Shown in pieces: positions 60,385 through 64,000 of a stretch of DNA of 64,000 bases. Location: NCBI GenBank assembly GCA_051362555.1, contig CM120640.1:26994503-27058502 (forward strand), given 5' to 3'. The notes under the pieces are model-generated. The model searched no databases. It worked only from the letters and a program-made list of their open reading frames with translations, and was not told where the DNA came from. Each line of letters opens with the position of its first letter. The first letter of the stretch is position 1. Source of the DNA: Lingula anatina. Taxonomy: Eukaryota > Animalia > Brachiopoda. Position numbers and translations under genes: made by a program.

Positions 60385-61415
60385 TTTAGAGCTCACCAGT
60401 TTAGCCCAATATTTTGCTTTTTTGAGGTAGTTATAAAAGTAAATTATAGGAATGAAAGTTTTTTGTAATTGGTAAATAAAGGTAGGGTGAAGAAGGCTGT
60501 GTGCATGGTGAGGAAGGCATCAAAAGCTAAATCAAATTTGGTTTCATGAACTATTTCAAATTACATCAAGAAACTGCACCCTCTGTTAGTTAGGATAAAA
60601 ACTAAGACACTAAGAGAACTATGTTAGGCAAATATTATTTCAAAAACTTATTTCAGCTCAAGTTCAGCAATAGTTATCTGTTTTAGAAAATTGCTGCACA
60701 AGTTTTTTAAAAGTGCAAAGTTGGCACAAACAAGAACCAGTTTTAGAGAAGTATATTTAAAGTTACTTTATATTATTCTATGTTTTGACAATTGAGTTCA
60801 TCGGGTTAGCCAAATATTATATTTTGCTTTTTTGAGGCAGTAATTTAAATACATTATTGGAATGAAAATGATAAAGTTCTGTAATTGGTAGATATACATA
60901 GGGTGAAGACTATGAAAAGCATCAAAAGAGAGATCAAAATTGGTTCCATAAACCATTTTACATCAATAAACTGCACTCTCTCTTTAAGTTATAGGATAAA
61001 AAACTATGGCCACATTCACAACCAAAGTTGATCTGTGGACTAACAGATCCACATATCAAATATGGCCCAACCACTTGGAAGCCTACTGTGCAAATCCTGT
61101 GGAAAATCTATTTGATGTCTATTAGGGGGCTTTATGACAAGCTTTCAAGTGGGCCAGCCATATTTCCTCATAATATTATCTGTTAGTTCATGAATCGACT
61201 AGTGTTGAATGCAACCAGTAATACTAATAGAAATATAAGTCTATGTTATGCAAACATTATTAAAATTATTTTGTATTTAGTTCAACAATAATTATCTGAT
61301 TTGAGAAAAATGCTACACGAGCTCTTTAGAGGTGCCAGGTTGGCACAAACCTATAATCAGTTCTAGAGAAGCCTTTAAAATTACATATATATATATTTCT
61401 ATGTTATGGCAATAA
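60385..61415. repeat. Diverged ~410 bp tandem duplication downstream of WDR76; second unit interrupted by a ~205 bp MITE-like insertion (~61008-61216)
   Basis: attttgcttttttgagg at ~60411 and ~60821, tagggtgaaga at ~60483 and ~60899, gttggcacaaac at ~60720 and ~61339. The insert has imperfect inverted ends (ggccacattcaca..ctaacagat / atctgttag..gttgaatgcaacc). Confidence 0.7.
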
Positions 61416-63002
61416 ATTTTTAACACTATCTTTTGTCTTCTGAATGTTTGCCAAAAATCCCCTTTGGTTTGTCATTTCTTTGCCTTTTTAATTAATTAAT
61501 GGAGGATTTTGAAATTACAGGTATATATGAGTTAAAATCAATTTCAAATGAAATGCATGTTTTAACTTGACAAATGACTTTTCTTTATTTCTTTTCTGCC
61601 TGCCCACACGCACTAGAGTGTAAATTATCTTCTAGCAAACATGGCTGGTTGATTTCACATTTTTTGTCGATTAAACAAATTCTTACTCTTGAAAAAGAAA
61701 GGAAAAAACTCAGTTGTCCACCCCTTTTTTGTCCTCGATAACATACGGGTAAGACTATCTTGAATGCAGCGCTTCTGTAGTCTTCTGCAGATGAAGTCCA
61801 GAAAGTTAGATGCTTCCGTCACATGATGTGAAAAAGGGACGAACGACTTTTGTTTTCTCGTTGTACTAAGTGGAGTATGGTGGAACTATATTCGTGACTT
61901 TCACCTCCACACCTGAGCTGTCAAAAGGTAATAAGAAAAGTTAACCCATGTGTATCGACAGTAAACATAGCTAGGCGAAAGCACTTGCAGTACGTCCAAG
62001 ACTTGTTCATTATGATTTTATCAAAGTGTGTATCGATAGTCAACTTGGTTTTTATTATGGAAATGAAAATTTATTTGATTCATGGCTTCATAACTTTAAA
62101 CTCAAAAAGTTGGTGATTTTAGAGCAAACAAGCCCTGTTATCACATTGTAGAAATTTAGAACAAGTGGTTGTAAAATTACGTCCTAAAATGATTACTAAT
62201 AGACGGCGGCTACCACTAGTAGATATTAGGGAAATTGTTTCCTGTTCTTATTTCCTTTTGATGCCAGAGTGTATAGCATTGTCACATGAAATGAAAAATA
62301 ACAGAGAGAGCAGGTGTTTAAAATATATACATGTTGGTGATGGAGATAGACATCTCAGGCTTTGAAGTTCACCCCTTTTATGAAAATGGTTATTGTAAAT
62401 TGGATTTTGCTGATACTTCTTGCACATTTGTAACAAGGTTGATGTAATGCCAATTTCTTCTACTTGGTGATGATGTATCAAAGCCTTATATAGCTGTTAA
62501 CACTGTTGCATATTGCTGTCAATATCTTACACAAAAAATATAACGTAGTGTAGCAGTTTATCAAATAATGTTGCCCTAAATTATACATGTAGTATCAGTA
62601 AATAAGGGGGTCAATATAGATAACATGTCTTAGTTGTAAACAAACTCGGGAGATATAAGTTCAATGTTTCTATATAGTTTGGTCACCAGGTAGGTTGTCA
62701 TACTGCATTTAAAGGATAAAGAAACCATTGGTCATGTAAGTTGGTGAATTGGATGTACAAGCAAATACCTTGGTTAATTAACAATAATAAAGCTTTAAAA
62801 TGGTTAATTGATTAATTTATTTATTAGGTTAACCATATTACATGTCTTTCTTGTGGGTATTGTTTTATGTACTAAAATATTTGTTGAATACAAAACTTAA
62901 AATACAGAGCAAGTTATTCATACTTAAAGACAAGCAGGTCTTGAGTGGCTGCCAGCATGACTGTGATCTAGTGTACAGCTAGGAAAGAAACAACTGACCA
63001 GC

Positions 63003-64000
63003 ATGCCTGATGAGGCAGTGACCCCAGTGGTTACTAACCATACTGCTGAGGCCTCCCAAGGGGAACCAACAGACTGGAGTCATGTGCTGGCAGAGTTTAC
63101 TGGGATGGAGGAACTGCAAGCCCCTATAAGGGCTTCTGCAAGGATCAAAGTAAGTTGTCATTTCTTGTTTAAAACAAATATATATCTATTATATAGATAT
63201 TTTATTGGTTTGAATTTCTAAAAAGAAAGAAATTTATAGTCATATATAAAAAAATAGTATCAAGGACATTTGATGTCTTATGATAGTTTTTGATCAGCTT
63301 GATAAAAGGTGAACTTTATAGTTTATATTCATAAATTGTTTCAATTGGTAAAAACCAAAAATGTATTCATGATAATCCAGGGCTGGTCTGTTAGAATAAT
63401 GTCATGTGCTTGCATGTCTTCTTCCAGTACACCAGTTTGTCTGTTTCAAAGCAGTACATTGCCCTGGGATCCACCACTGGTGCTGTATACATCTTCCAGA
63501 AGAGTGCATTGAAATACCTCCAGTTGCTGTCATCAGAAACTGTAAGATATGACACAATTAATGATATGCTTCTTATTTAGCCTACATGTGTTGTATAGCT
63601 GTTGCTTTAATATACCTATACCATGTTATTCACAGTAAGATGATTGCAAATGAGATTAGAAGTACTGCTGTACATTCAAACTAAAATATTTCACTAATTT
63701 TATATTATATTATATATATTATATTATCATCATAGGAAGGCTCCGTGATTAAAGTGGAATTTTCTCCTGATGATGAAATATGTGCCTATGCAACCAGGTA
63801 AATGCAGTAATACACTTTGAAGACTTAAAGGCAGCCATAGTTGCAAATCATGCCAATTTGTTGGCTGTTGTTGATACTCATTAAAAAGTTCAAAGTGCTC
63901 ATTCATAAGTATACATGATCAGTCAGCATTTTATAGGAATGCACATGTGATAAAAGAAAATTTGTTTGTTTTATAGCAAAGGATATGTTGTTGTCATGGA
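63003..64000 (+). CDS. HPS5: Hermansky-Pudlak syndrome 5 protein homolog (BLOC-2 subunit), 5' part; continues beyond the window
   Basis: Exons ~63003-63149, 63428-63541, 63736-63797 and 63977 onward give SHVLAEFTGMEELQAPIRASARIKYTSLSVSKQYIALGSTTGAVYIF...EGSVIKVEFSPDDEICAYATSKGYVVVM, matching the HPS5 N-terminal beta-propeller. Confidence 0.88.

Noticed and set aside
62031-62038. DRE palindrome TATCGATA near the HPS5 5' region
   Set aside because: A single 8-mer in AT-rich DNA, apparently intronic; not distinguishable from chance.
1-64000. tRNA, rRNA, autonomous transposase/RT genes or U12-type introns
   Set aside because: None recognised by eye; all modelled introns are GT-AG and no long TE ORF exists. 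Small ncRNAs cannot be excluded without a covariance-model search.

Overview
AT-rich, intron-containing animal DNA; gene content and transposon types suggest a lophotrochozoan-type invertebrate (inference, species not determinable). The window opens with a ~7.5 kb array of ~145-160 bp satellite monomers. It contains three copies of a non-autonomous Helentron-like (HINE) element and many MITEs. A 5-exon gene encodes a single-KH-domain protein. A ~3 kb segmental duplication (18.6-21.5 kb and 34.8-37.9 kb) carries, in each copy, an intact two-exon gene for a secreted 8-cysteine peptide (Cx3Cx6Cx3C-x28-Cx3Cx6Cx3C, a framework resembling the helical-hairpin nemertean neurotoxin B-IV). Between the two copies lie a 10-exon DED-NB-ARC-TPR (NLR-like STAND ATPase) gene and an intronless GT92 glycosyltransferase. 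A compact housekeeping block follows: RFC2 (-) / CENP-Q (+), CHFR (-) / WDR76 (+) and the 5' part of HPS5 (+). Gene models were built by hand from GT-AG sites and reading-frame continuity. Homology calls are from recognition of motifs, not database searches. The most interesting items are the fast-diverging cysteine-ladder peptide pair and the NLR-like gene they bracket.
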